DNA of 64,000 bases from Scenedesmus sp. PABB004 (lineage: Eukaryota). The stretch covers positions 558,001-622,000 of the forward strand of contig JABVCE010000007.1 of NCBI GenBank assembly GCA_014905635.1. Reading direction: 5' to 3'. Positions 10,111-21,262 of this stretch are shown one piece after another (positions within the stretch are counted from its first letter, which is position 1; every line of letters begins with the position of its first letter). Below the pieces are notes generated by a model. The model was not told where the DNA came from and ran no database searches. It saw only the letters and a list, made by a program, of their open reading frames with translations. A program made the translations under genes and the position numbers.

Positions 10111-12739
10111 ATGCCGGCGACCCTCCAGACGCGCAGCAGCGCGTCGGCCTTTGTGGGCGCGCGCGTGAGCGCCAAGGTGTGCGGAGCGGCGCGGCCCAGC
10201 GAACCGGGGCCAATGGGGGGGCCCGGCGTGCCGGGCGGGGCGGTCCAGCAGCGACATCGCGCGCTCGCCTATCCGGCCCAGCAGCGGCGCCTGCACGGCT
10301 CGCGGCGGGTCGCGGGCGCACGGTGCCGGGCCGGCGCGCCCGCAGGACGCGCCGCAGCGCCCGTGCCGCCGCCGCGCGCGCCGAATTGCCGCCGCGCCGC
10401 GCGCGCGCCCACGCACGCAGGCGGTGCGCCCCGCCGCGCCCGGCGGCCGCGCGGCGCGCCTGGCCGTGAGCTGCGCCACCAGCTATGTGGAGCCCAAGAA
10501 GGTCCTCATGATGGGTGCGCGCCGCCGGCCCGCGCCGGCCGCGCCGCGCCGCGCCCGCCGCGCCCGCCGCGCGCGCCTGCCTTGCCTCACGCCCCGCTGC
10601 CCCCCCCCTCCCGGCGGCCAGGCGGCACGCGCTTCATCGGCCTGTACCTCGCCCGCCAGCTCGCGGCGGCGGGGCACGAGGTGACGCTGTACACGCGCGG
10701 CAAGAAGGCCATCACCAGCCAGATCGCGGACGACACCGACGCGAGCTACGCGCGCTTCGCGGGCAGCGTCAAGCACATCGCCGGCGACCGCCAGGCGCGC
10801 GCGCGGCGCTGCGCGGGGCTGCACGGCCGTGTGGCTGTTTGGCTGCATGGCAGCACCGCGCGGCGACGTGCGACGGCGAGAGCACGTCGCGCAGCGGCGC
10901 GGCGCGGCGCCGACGCGGCGCCGCCCCGGCGTCGCGCGCAGGACTTTGACGACGTGCGCCGCAAGCTCGGCGGCAGCGGCTTCCAGGTCGTGTTTGACAT
11001 CAACGGCCGCGAGGCGGTGGAGGTGGAGCCCGTGCTCGACGCGCTCGCCGGCCGCGGCGGCAGCCTCGAGCAGTACATTTACTGCTCCAGCGCCGGTGCG
11101 GCGCCCGCGCCGGCGGACGCGGCGGCTTGGGCGGCAGCGGCGCGACGGCAGCGGCGGCGGCGGCGGCGGCTGGGACGGCCACGCGGCGGCAGCGGCGGCG
11201 GCGGCTCCTGCCCGCCCACGCGCCCGCCCCGCCCACGCGCCGCCGCGCCCCCGGTCCCCCCGCGCTCCCTCTCCGCACGCCCCCTCCCCGCAGGCGTGTA
11301 CCTCAAGAGCGACATGATGCCCCACCGCGAGGAGGATGCGGTGGACCCCAAGTCGCGCCACAAGGCGAGGGAGGGAGATAGGGTTACGGGCGCGCGTGGG
11401 CCGCGCGCGGACGGGCCGCCCGGCCGCCGGCGGCGCCCTCCACGGCAGCCCGGCGCGGCGGCGGCGGCGGCCCGCCCGCCCACGCCCGCGCGCGCGCCCG
11501 CGCGCCCCTCCGCGGCGTTGTAACGCCGCGCTGCAACGCAGGGCAAGCTCGACACGGAGGAGCTGCTGCGCAGCAGCGGCGTCAACTTCACGTCGGTGCG
11601 GCCCGTCTACATCTACGGCCCCCTCAACTACAACCCCGTGGAGGAGTACTTTTTCCACCGCCTCAAGGCCGGCCGCCCCATCACCGTGCCCGGCAGCGGC
11701 ATGCAGGCGCGCCGCGGCGGCGCCGCGCGGCGGCGCGGCGTGGCGCGCGCGTGTTTGGGAGAAGGGGGAGGTGCCGGGTGGCGCCGAGCCGCCGAGCCGC
11801 GCCCGCGCCGCCCGCGCCCGCGCGGCGCCGCAGGTGACGCAGCTGGGCCACGTGAAGGACCTGTCCGACGCATTCATGGCCTGCGTGGGCAACCCCGATG
11901 CGGCGCGCCAGGTGTTCAACATCTCCGGCGAGCGCTTCGTCACCTTTGACGGCATCGCGCGCGCGTGCGCCAAGGTGACCCGCCGCGCCGGGCGCCGCGC
12001 CGCACCGCCCGCGCCGCGCCGCGCCGCGCCGTGCCGCGCCGCACCGCCCGCGCCGCGCCGCGCCGCGCCGCACCGCACGACCCACTGCGCGCCGCGTGGC
12101 TCGCCGCGCGGCGCGCCGCTCACGGCGCCGCGCGCCGCGCCGCGCCCCGCCGCGCCAGGCCATGGGCGCGCCCGAGCCGGAGCTGGTTCACTTCAACGCC
12201 AAGGACTTTGACTTTGGCAAGAAGAAGGTGCGCGGGCCCGCGGCCTTCTTGGTGCTGACGCCCCCCGCGCGCGCGGCGGCCCGCGGCCCGCGGCGCCTGC
12301 CCCACGCAGTGTCCCCGGCGGCCGCCGACGCCCGCCGACGGCGCCCCCCCCCCCCCCCCCCCCTCCCCAGGCCTTCCCGATGCGCGACCAGCACTTTTAC
12401 GCTTCGATCGACAAGGCCCAGGCGCTGCTGGGGTGGAGCCCCAAGTTTGGCCTCGTCGAGGGGCTGAAGGACAGCTACGACAAGGACTTTGGGCTCGGGC
12501 AGTGCCGCAAGGCCGCCGACTTTGAGACCGACGACATGATCCTCCAGCGGTGAGCCAGCGCAGGGTTTTCTTTCACGCTCAAACGGGGCTCTGTTTCATT
12601 GGCGCGCTGCCCCGCGCCGCCATCGTCCCTCATCAGCAGCCCCTGGTACGGTGAGCCACGCGGCGCACGCGACCCACGCGGCCCGCCCCGCCCGCCGCCG
12701 CGCAGCCTCGGCAGCAAGAGCTACGCGTACTCGCGCTGA
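10111..12739 (+). CDS. CSP41b: Chloroplast stem-loop binding protein of 41 kDa b (NAD-dependent epimerase/dehydratase fold), about 10 exons
   Basis: KKVLMMG|GTRFIGLYLARQL, FDINGREAVEV, EQYIYCSSAGVYLKSD, VDPKSRHK|GKL, RPVYIYGPLNYNPVEE, VTQLGHVKDL, FDFGKKK|AFPMRDQHF. Ends either at TGA 12551-12553 or, via intron CG|GTGAG, at a last exon 12706-12739 (RLGSKSYAYSR*). Confidence 0.95.
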
Positions 12740-12933
12740 TCACACCACGAGCTGGGGGCCGCGGCTGTCACCGCTGCAGGGGCGGGATGGGGCACGGGGC
12801 GGCGCGCCCCGCGCGGCGCCGGGTCGCCGCTGCGACGCCCGCGCTGCTGCGGTTTTGCAAGCGAGCGAGCGAGCGAGCGGGCGCGCGTGCTGCCCGAGTA
12901 ACAGATGCGACCGGTGCGACCAGTGCGGCCCGC

Positions 12934-14042
12934 TCACGGCCGCTCCGCCGCCCCCACCAGCCACTCGAGCAGCTGCGCCTCGCTCAGCACCACGCCGTAC
13001 GGGCACTCCGCCGCGCGCCGCTCCACCTCGGCGGCCAGCTTTGCGCCGGCCAGCCGCGCCGCCGCGCGGCCGCAGTCGCCGCCGCTGTCGCCGCCGCCAG
13101 CGCTGCCGTCGTCGCCGCTGTCGCTGCCGGCACTGGCGGCGCCGCCGGCGCCGCTGTCCAGGCGGTCGCTGGCCATGCAGCGGAAGCGCGGCAGCGTGTG
13201 GCCGCTCGGCGCGGACGGGCCGCGCAGGCACGCGTGCGGCGGCGGCGGCGCTGCCCAGGAGCCGTCGGGGCGGCGCATGTGGCTGCGGTCGCTCGCAAAG
13301 TGCGCCAAGAAGGTGGCCGCCGCGACGACGCGCCAGCGCCTGCGGCGGGACGGGGACGGGGTGGGGGCAGGGCGCCGCCCGTGAGCGCTGGCGCGGCGCG
13401 GCGCGCGGCGGCCGCGCGCCGCCGGGCAGGCCCGGCAGCTCCGCACCGGGCGAGGTGGCGCGGCAGCGCGACGCGCCCCGCCTGCAGCGCCTCGGCCGCG
13501 TAGCGCGGCGCGTCGCACGGGAAGGGCAGCTGCGAGTCCAGGTCCCACACGCGCGTGGCCGCGGCGGGGCCACGCGCCGGCGGTGCGCCGCCCCGCGAGA
13601 CCTCGAGCGCCAGCACTGCCGCGCGCGGCGGGCGGCGGGCGCGCGACGGCGGCGTGAGCGCCGCCACAGCGCAGCGCGTGGCTGCGCTGAGCGGCGGGCA
13701 GGTGCGCGCCGCTCCCCTCCCACCCCCTCTCCCACCTCCCCTCCCACCTCCCTCCCACCTCCCCTCCCACCTCCCCTCCACCCTCCCTGCCCACCCACCG
13801 TGGTAATCCCAGACGATGAAGCCGCCCTGACCCTCATCGCCCGCCGCCTGGCGCCAGAGCGGGATCGCGTCGGCGGCGTTGCTCACGACCGCGGCGTACA
13901 GCGCGCCGCGGCGGCCCCCGTGCGCCTCCAGGCGGCGCAGCAGCAGGGCCACGTTCTCCTCGCAGTAGCAGCGCGTGTGCGCGCAGTCGCCGCGGTCGAG
14001 GCCGAGCGCTGGCTCGGTCGCTGGCGCGAGCGCGGCCGCCAT
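12934..14042 (-). CDS. NTAQ1: Protein N-terminal glutamine amidohydrolase (N-degron pathway), 3 exons
   Basis: Catalytic motifs CYCEENV, IVWDYH|V, VWDLDSQLPFP and FLAHFASDRSHMRRPDGSW. Confidence 0.93.
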
Positions 14043-14572
14043 GATGCCGCCACGCAGCGCGGGGATCAGCTGCGCCCGGCTGGGGCATCAGCAGGCCCTG
14101 GTGAGCTGGCCCGCTCGCCAGCGGGAGCGGCGCGGGCGCAGCTGAGCTGGTGCGGCCGCCAGTGGCGCGAGCAGCGGCGGCGCCGTGCGGCGGCCGCGCC
14201 GGGCCCCGGTGCGGCTTCAGAGCGCGCGTGGCTGCAATCTGGGAGGCGCGAGCTGGGTCGTGGGCGCGCTAGCGCGGGCGCAGCGAGCTCGGGTGCAGCG
14301 AGGCGGGCCGGCGGCGCTGCTGATGGCTCCGAAGCGCAGCTGCTGCTGGGTACGAGGCCGCAGGCGGGCGGAGTGCCTGTCCGAAAGGGCGGGCCACAGA
14401 GTTCAGGCGCTGCACAAGCGCAGCGGTTCAGGCTCCAACTCGCCGCTGCGTCGTCACTGCCCGCCGCTCCGCTCCGTCGCAGCGCCCGGGGCTGCTCATG
14501 CTGCTGCTGCTGCTGCTGCTGCTCTCCTGCCGACTGCGCCTGCAGCCGCCGCCGCCCACCCGCCCGCTGCCG

Positions 14573-15416
14573 CTAGTGCGGCGGCGGCGGGCGCGCGTGC
14601 CCCGCCGCCGCCTGCGCCACCGCTCGCTGGAAGTAGCGCTGCTCCAGCCTGCACGCGGGCGCGGGGGCACGGGCAGCGCGCGGGCGCCGTCACGCGCGGC
14701 AGACGCGCGCCGCCAGGGGTGCGCGGCGGCGGCGCCGCCCGGCCCAGCCCGCCGCCGCGCCGCGCCTGTGCACGTATGGCGTGAGCGCGAGCGCGACCGG
14801 GAGCTTGATGGGTATGCAGGCCTTGCTGCACAGCACCGCGAGCGCAAAGTGCGACCCCGGGCCGAGCAGCAGCTTCTGCATCAGCGACGGCTCCGCGTCC
14901 GGGTCGGGGTCGTCTGCGTGCGGGCACGGCGCGCGGGCGCGCGCGGGTGTGTGGGCCCCGTGCCAGCGCGCCGCCGCCGCTGCCACAGCGCGCCGCTGCC
15001 GCCAGCGCGCCGCTTGCCGCGCCGCGCGTCGCTGCCGCGCCGCGCGTCGCTGCTGCAGGCGCGCCGCCGCGCCCCCTGCCGCCACCGCCTGCCCCGCGCG
15101 CCGCCGCGCCCCTGCCGCCACCGCCTGGCCCCGCGCGCCGGCGCACCCGTTATGCCCACGAGCTTCTTGACGTCCACGTTGCGCTCGATGGCGACGTAGA
15201 AGCCTGCGCGGGCCGCCCGCCCGCGGCGCGAGCAGCAGCGGCGCGTCAGCCGCGGCGGCCGGCGGCGCCCCGCGGCGGCCCGCCGGCCGCCTCCCGCGCG
15301 CCCGCACCCGCGGTGACGCAGGAGGAGAGCCCCAGGTAGGTCACGATGCCGCTGCGGCCGTACTTTTTGAGCCCATTCCGCAGGCGCTGCGAGTTGAGGC
15401 CGATGGAGCCCCACAT
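14573..15416 (-). CDS. DUF1279 / FAM210-like membrane protein, 4 exons (start codon uncertain)
   Basis: LKKYGRSGIVTYLGLSSCVTA|GFYVAIERNVDVKKLVGI...SHFALAVLCSKACIPIKLPVALALTPYV matches the DUF1279 pattern. Last intron is GC-AG. Confidence 0.8.
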
Positions 15417-15855
15417 GCGGTACTGCACGCGCTGCACGCGCGCCGGCGGCCGGGCGTGAGCTGGCGAGGCCGCGGCGCGCGGGCCGGCGCGGGCGCGTCG
15501 GGAGCGGCGCACGCGGACGGGGGCGGTGCGCGTTGGTGCGTCGGCGTCAGCAGAGTGCCGCGCCCGGAGCGGCACGCGCGGGTGGTGAGAGGCGCCAAGA
15601 CCTGCTGTCACATGTTGGACATCGAGCTCCCCTGCTGAGCCGGCTGCCCTCGCCTCCCCCCGCCCGCTCAGCGACCCCGGCACCTCCCACGCACGATCAG
15701 CCCTCTTTGCCAGCCACCCGCCGCGCTCGCCGCGCTCGCCGGCGCAGGCCCGCGCCGCTGTCAGTGCTGCTGCCGCCGCGCGCCGCAGCCCCAGCGCGTC
15801 GGCCCGCCAGCCCGCCGGGGGGCTCGGCGCCGCGCCCTTGCACCCGCATGTGCTG

Positions 15856-17105
15856 ATGCTGCGGGGCGCCGCACGCACCTCGATGCGCCTCCTCGCAGCA
15901 CAGCAGCGACGCAGCGCCGCGGGCGGCGCGCCGCCGCCGCGCGGCGCCGTGCGGCCGCCCCACACCGTGCTGGCGGCCAGCGCCGGGAAGGGCCTCGCCC
16001 GCGGCGCGCGCGGCGCCAGGGGCAGCAGGTGGGCGCCTCGGCGCGGCGCGCGGCGATCGCCCGCTGCGCGTGCCTCGCGGCCGGGCCCCAGCGGCTGGCG
16101 CTGCGCGGCCGCCCGGCGCGCGCCGCCTGCGCCGGCGGCGCGAGGCCGGCGGCGCACAGGGCACGGCGGCGGCGGGGGGCGCGGCCTCGGGCAGCAGCCA
16201 CCTGCCGGCACAACCGCCGCAGCAGAATCTTGGCGCGCCGCGGCATCTCGCCCGCCGCCGCAGCGCGCCGGGGGCTGACGCCGCTGCTCGCCGCTGCGCC
16301 GCCCGCCGCCGCGCGACGCCGCCGCAACAGGGCCGTGGTGTGGTGCAGCAGCCCCGGCGCTGGCAGCAGCAACGGCAGCAGCAATGGCGGCAGCAGCGCC
16401 CCCGCCAGCAGCAGCAGCAGCGCCGGCAGCTTCAGCTCGCTGGCGTCCGGCGGCAGCAGCAGCACCGCGACCAGCGAACAGCCCAAGGTGCGCCGCCAGC
16501 AGCGGCGCGCGCAGCGGGCGCGGCAGCGGGCGCGCGCAGCGGCCGCGCCCGCAGCCCTGACCGCCCCGACCGCCCCTGGCGCCGACCCGTCGCGCCTGCC
16601 CCGCCCCGCCCCGCCCCGCCCCGCCCGCCGCCGCCCGCCCCGCCCCGCCCCCGCCGCCCCCGCCGCCGCCCGCCCCGCCCCGCCCCGCCCCGCCCCGCCC
16701 GCCCCGCCCGCCCCGCCCCGCCCCGCCCCGCCCCGCCCCGCCCCGCCCGCCCCGCCCGCCCCGCCCCGCCCGCCCCGCCCCGCCCCGCGCCCCGCCCCGC
16801 CCCGCCCCGCCCCGCCCGCCCCGCCCCGCCCCGCCCGCCCGCCCGCCCCGCCCCGCCCCGCCCCGCCGCCCGCCCCGCCCCGCCCCGCCCCGCCCCGCCC
16901 CGCCCCGCCCCGCCCCGCCCCGCCCCGCCCCGCCAGCTGTATGGTGACATCCCGGCGCCGCCGAGCAGCCGGCTGGCGCTCTGGACGGAGCAGCCGTGGG
17001 GCGCGGCGCTGCCGGCGGGGCGGCAGATCTTTTGCAACCGCTCGCTCAACATGAAGCAGATCAAGGCGCGGGGGTGATGACGACGCCTGGCTGGCTGGCT
17101 GGCTG

Positions 17106-17166
<61 letters not shown>

Positions 17167-17191
17167 TGTGGTGTGTGTGTGTGTGTGTGTG

Positions 17192-17260
<69 letters not shown>

Positions 17261-17264
17261 GTGT

Positions 17265-17350
<86 letters not shown>

Positions 17351-20300
17351 TGTTTGGGGGGGGGGGCAGACTGGCGCCCCGGACTAACGCGCCGGACTAA
17401 CGCGCCGCCGCGCCTGGCTGGCTGGCTGTGTGGCGGCGGTGGCCGCCGCTCACGCCCCCCCCCCTCCCCCGTGGGTGCCTGGCGCCAGGCCGTGGGGTTT
17501 GACATGGACTACACGCTCGCGCAGTACAAGCCCGACACGTTTGAGCAGCTCGCGCACAGCCAGACGGTCGACAAGCTCGTGAGCGTGTTTGGCTACCCGC
17601 CCAGGTGACGCGGCGCGCGGCGGCGGCCGAGGCTGCGCCGCCGCCTGCGCCTGCGCAGGCCGCGGCGGCTGCGGCGGCGGGGCCGGGGCCTCGCGCGCGT
17701 GGGCCCCTCAGCCCGCCCTGCGCCCTCCATACCCCTGCGCCCGCCCTGCGCCCCCCCCCCCCCATGCGCTCGCAGCCTGTACGACCTCACCTTTGACTGG
17801 CGCCACATGATGCGCGGCCTCATCATAGACAAGGCGCGCCGCACGCACGCGCCACGCGGCTCGCAGCGGCGCCGCGCCCCGGCGCGCGGCGGCTGGCCGC
17901 GCCGCCGCGCCGCCCGCGCGCCGCCGCCACGCGCGCCCGCCGCCCACGCGCGCCCCCGCCGCCGACCGCGCCGCCCCGCCCCGCGCGCGGCTCGGTGTGC
18001 CCGCCCGCCGCCCCCGCCCCGCCCCGCCCGCGTGGGTGTGCAGAAGCGCGGCAACGTGATCAAGGTCGACCGCCACAAGTACGTCAAGGTCGCCTACCAC
18101 GGCTTCACCCTGCTCACGCGCGAGCAGCGCAACGCCGCGTACAACCAGGCCGCGGTGCGCCGCCGGGGCGCGCGACGCACGCAAGCGCGCACGCGCCCGG
18201 CCCTGCCTCCCTCCTTCCTTCTCTCTCTCCCTCTCTCCCTCTCTCCCCCTCTCTCTCTCTCCCCCTCCCTCTCTCCCTCCAACACACCCACACGCACCCC
18301 CCCCCCCCACACCCCAAACCCCTGACCACCCCCCCCCCCCGCCCCCCACAAGGTGCGTGACGACTTTGAGGAGCCCGCCTACGCCATGATCGACACGCTC
18401 TTCAGCCTCGCCGAGGGGTACCTCTTCATGCAGCTCGTGGAGATGGCGGTGAGGGTTTAGGGCCGCCGGGGCGGGGCTAGGGGGCCGCCGGAGCGCGACC
18501 GGGGGTTCAGGGCCCAGGGGGGAGGCGAGCGCTTCAGGGCTTCAGGGCTCAGGGGCGGGGCGGCGCGCTGCGCGAGGGGCGAGTCAGCGCAGGGCGCTCG
18601 GGCAACGCCGCCGCCGCGTCCGCCGCCGCGTCCGCCGCCGCGCGCAGGACGCGACGCCGCGGCAGCTGCCCAACTTCACCGACTACGCCCAGGTGGGGCA
18701 ACGGCGCGCGACGACCAGGCGCCACGCCTGCGCCTGCGCCGGCCGCGCCCGCGGCGGGGCCCGGGCCCGGGCCGCGCGCCCGCGGGCCCTCAGCCCCCCC
18801 ACGCCGCCGCCGCCCCGCGCCGCCGCCGCGCCTCCTGCGCCCCCCCCCCTTGGTTCACCCCAGGTGTACCGCGACGTGCGCGCGGCGGTGGACCTGTGCC
18901 ACCGCGACGGCAGCCTGAAGCGCGACGTCGCGGCGCAGCCGGCAAAGTACATCCACGACGTGCGCTCGCTCGCGCTCGGGCGGGCGCGCGGCGCCGGCGG
19001 CGCCGGCGCGGGCCTGCGGGGGCGCGCTCGAGCCAGCTCTCCCTCTCTCTGCGCGCGCCGGCGGCGGCGCCGGGCCAGCCCGTGTGTCGCCGCGCGCCCG
19101 CGCCCGGGCCGCGCCGCGCCGGCCCCCGCCCCGCCCGCCCCAGCCGCCCGCCCGCCCCCGCCCCCGCCCCCGCCCTCCCTGCCTCGCTCCCTCCTTCTCC
19201 GCCTCCCTCGCTCCCTCCCGCGCTGCACTGCGCTGCACCGCCGCCGCGCTGCGCCGCGGCAGGACCCACACCTGGTTGGCATGCTGGGCATGATGCGCGC
19301 GAGCGGGCGCAAGGTCTTCCTTGCGACCAACAGCCTGTGGGACTACACGCACGTGGTCATGAACTACCTGGTCAGGTGCGGGTGCTCAGTGTGTGGGCGT
19401 CGCATCGTGTGTGTGGGTGTGGCTGTGTGTGGGTGTGTGGGTGTGTGGGTGTGTGGGTGTGTGGGTGTGGCTGTGTGTGGCTGTGTGTGGGTGTGTGGGT
19501 GAGTTCGAGGGAGCGCGCGGAGCAGGGCGCCCGCCCGCCCGCCCACCCCGCCGCGCGCGCGTCTGCGCCCCCTCGCGCGCCGCGCGCCGCCCGCCGCCGC
19601 GCGCGCGCGCAGCAAGCGCGTGGGGCGGGCCAAGAACGACGACTGGCTGCGGCTCTTTGACGTCGTGATCGTCGGCTGCGGCAAGCCCGGCTTCTTCAGC
19701 GAGCGCCGCCCCCTCTTCGGCGTCAACACGGCCGACGGCACGCTCGTCAACACCGACGGCGGCGCGCCAATCATACCCATCGGCGAGGAGGACCTCCCGC
19801 CTGACGGCCGCCAGGCGCGCGCCGGGGCGCTGGGGCGCGGCGGCGCGCGCGGCAGCGCGCGCAGCGGGGCGGGGCGCTGGGGGAGGGCGCGCTGGGCGAG
19901 GGCGGGCGGGCGGGCCTTGGACGACGCGCCGCGCCACGCGCCGCGCGCCGCGCGCCGCGCGCCGCAGTTTGGCGTCGCGAGCATCGACGCGGGCGGGCGC
20001 GCGAGTCGGCGGCCGTCTTCCAGGGCGGCAACTACCGCGACCTGCACACCATGCTCGGCGTCGACGCCGGCAGCCAGGCGCGCGCGACCGCGCGGGGCCG
20101 GCCGCCGGGGGCGTGCATGCGAGAGCACGCGGCGCGCGCGCGCGCGGCGCAGGGGCGAGTTTGCGCCGCCGCGCCGCGCGCCGCCGCCGCGAGCGCCGCT
20201 CGCGCGGTCACCGTCCCCGCCGCCGCCGCCGCCGCCCCTCAACCCCCGCCGCCAGGTGCTGTACGTGGGCGACCACATCTACGGCGACATACTGCGCAGC

Positions 20301-21118
20301 AAAAAGGTGCCCCCGCCCGCCGGCGCCGCCCCCGCCGCCCGCGCCGCTCGCGCCGCCCGCGCCGCCGCCCTGCCGCCCGCGCCGCCCGAGCGCGCGCCCC
20401 GCGCCGCGCCCGCCACACGCCGCGCCCACCGCGCCGCGCACCGCACGCCGCCGCCGCCGCGCGCGCGCCCGCAGAGCCTGGGCTGGCGCACGATGCTGGT
20501 CGTGCCGGAGCTGGAGGCGGAGCTCGCGGTCGCGGGCGCGACGCGCGACACGCAGATAAACCTCAGCCAGCTGCGCGGCGCGCGGGGCGACGTGGACGCG
20601 CAGATCCAGGCGCGGCGCGCGCGCTGCGCCGCGCGCGCTGCGCCGCCGCCGCGCCGCGAATTGTGTGGCGACGGGCGCCGCCGGCGGGGGCCTTCGTGGG
20701 GTTGGGCCCTCATCGCCTAAGCCCCAGCCCCGTGCCGCGCCGCGCGCCGCAGCGGCTGCTGTGGGCGTTCAGGCACGGCGAGGTGCCGCCGGGCGCGCTG
20801 TCGGACAACCAGCGCACGCTCGAGGCGCTGCGCGGCGAGCGGGAGCGGCTCAAGGAGCTGCACAGCGACCTGCTGCGCCGCCACCACGAGGCCTTCCACC
20901 CGGTCTGGGGGCGGCTGCTGAAGACGGGCTACCAGCACAGCCGCTACGCGACGCAGATCGACCGCTTCGCCTGCCTCTACACCAGCCACGTCGCCAACCT
21001 CGCGTTCGTGTCCCCCGACCGCGCGTACCAGGGCCGCACCGACGTCATGGCCCACGAGGACGGCCTTGGCCTGCCGCTCGGCGGCGGCGACGGCGACGGC
21101 GGCCTCGGCGGCTGCTGA
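15856..21118 (+). CDS. HAD-superfamily subfamily IG 5'-nucleotidase (cN-II type) with organelle transit peptide, about 14 exons
   Basis: IFCNRSLNMKQIK|AVGFDMDYTLAQYK (HAD motif I), RGLIIDK|KRGNVIKVDRHKYVK, KVFLATNSLWDYTHVVMNYL, FDVVIVGCGKPGFF, VFQGGN, VLYVGDHIYGDILRSKK|SLGWRTMLVVPELE, RFACLYTSHVANL. Confidence 0.95.
16600..16932. repeat. Intronic (CCCCG)n / (GGGGC)n low-complexity tract
   Basis: About 330 bp composed almost entirely of ccccg/cccg units, running up to the CAG acceptor at about 16936. Confidence 0.9.
17108..17352. repeat. Imperfect (GT)n microsatellite in a 5'-nucleotidase intron
   Basis: About 245 bp of gtgtgt with a few interruptions. Confidence 0.95.
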
Positions 21119-21213
21119 CCGCGCCGGGCGCGCGCGGGGCGCGGTCGGGGCGCGGCGCGGCCGGTCGGCCGCGCAAGGCCGGTCGGCCGCACGAGGCCGG
21201 CGCGCGCGCAACA

Positions 21214-21224
21214 TGTAAATTACA
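21214..21224. terminator. Back-to-back TGTAA polyadenylation signals (TGTAA-A-TTACA) for two convergent genes
   Basis: TGTAA on + (21214-21218) lies about 95 nt after the nucleotidase stop. TGTAA on - (21220-21224) lies about 40 nt after the PI31-like stop. TGTAA is the established chlorophyte poly(A) signal. Confidence 0.7.
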
Positions 21225-21262
21225 GCGCGGCGGTCGTGCGTGTGAGGGGCGGCGCCGCGCCG

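Noticed and set aside
14042..14573. DUF1279 to NTAQ1 as a second bicistron
   Set aside because: The 530-nt gap is enough for a UTR and promoter. Absence of TGTAA alone is weak evidence because several genes here lack it.
15608..15622. Minus-strand mini-ORF MSNM* upstream of DUF1279
   Set aside because: Could be a uORF, but it is too short to distinguish from chance and the transcript start is unknown.
17109..17400. Poly-(CV) / poly-(HT) ORFs
   Set aside because: Translations of an intronic (GT)n microsatellite.
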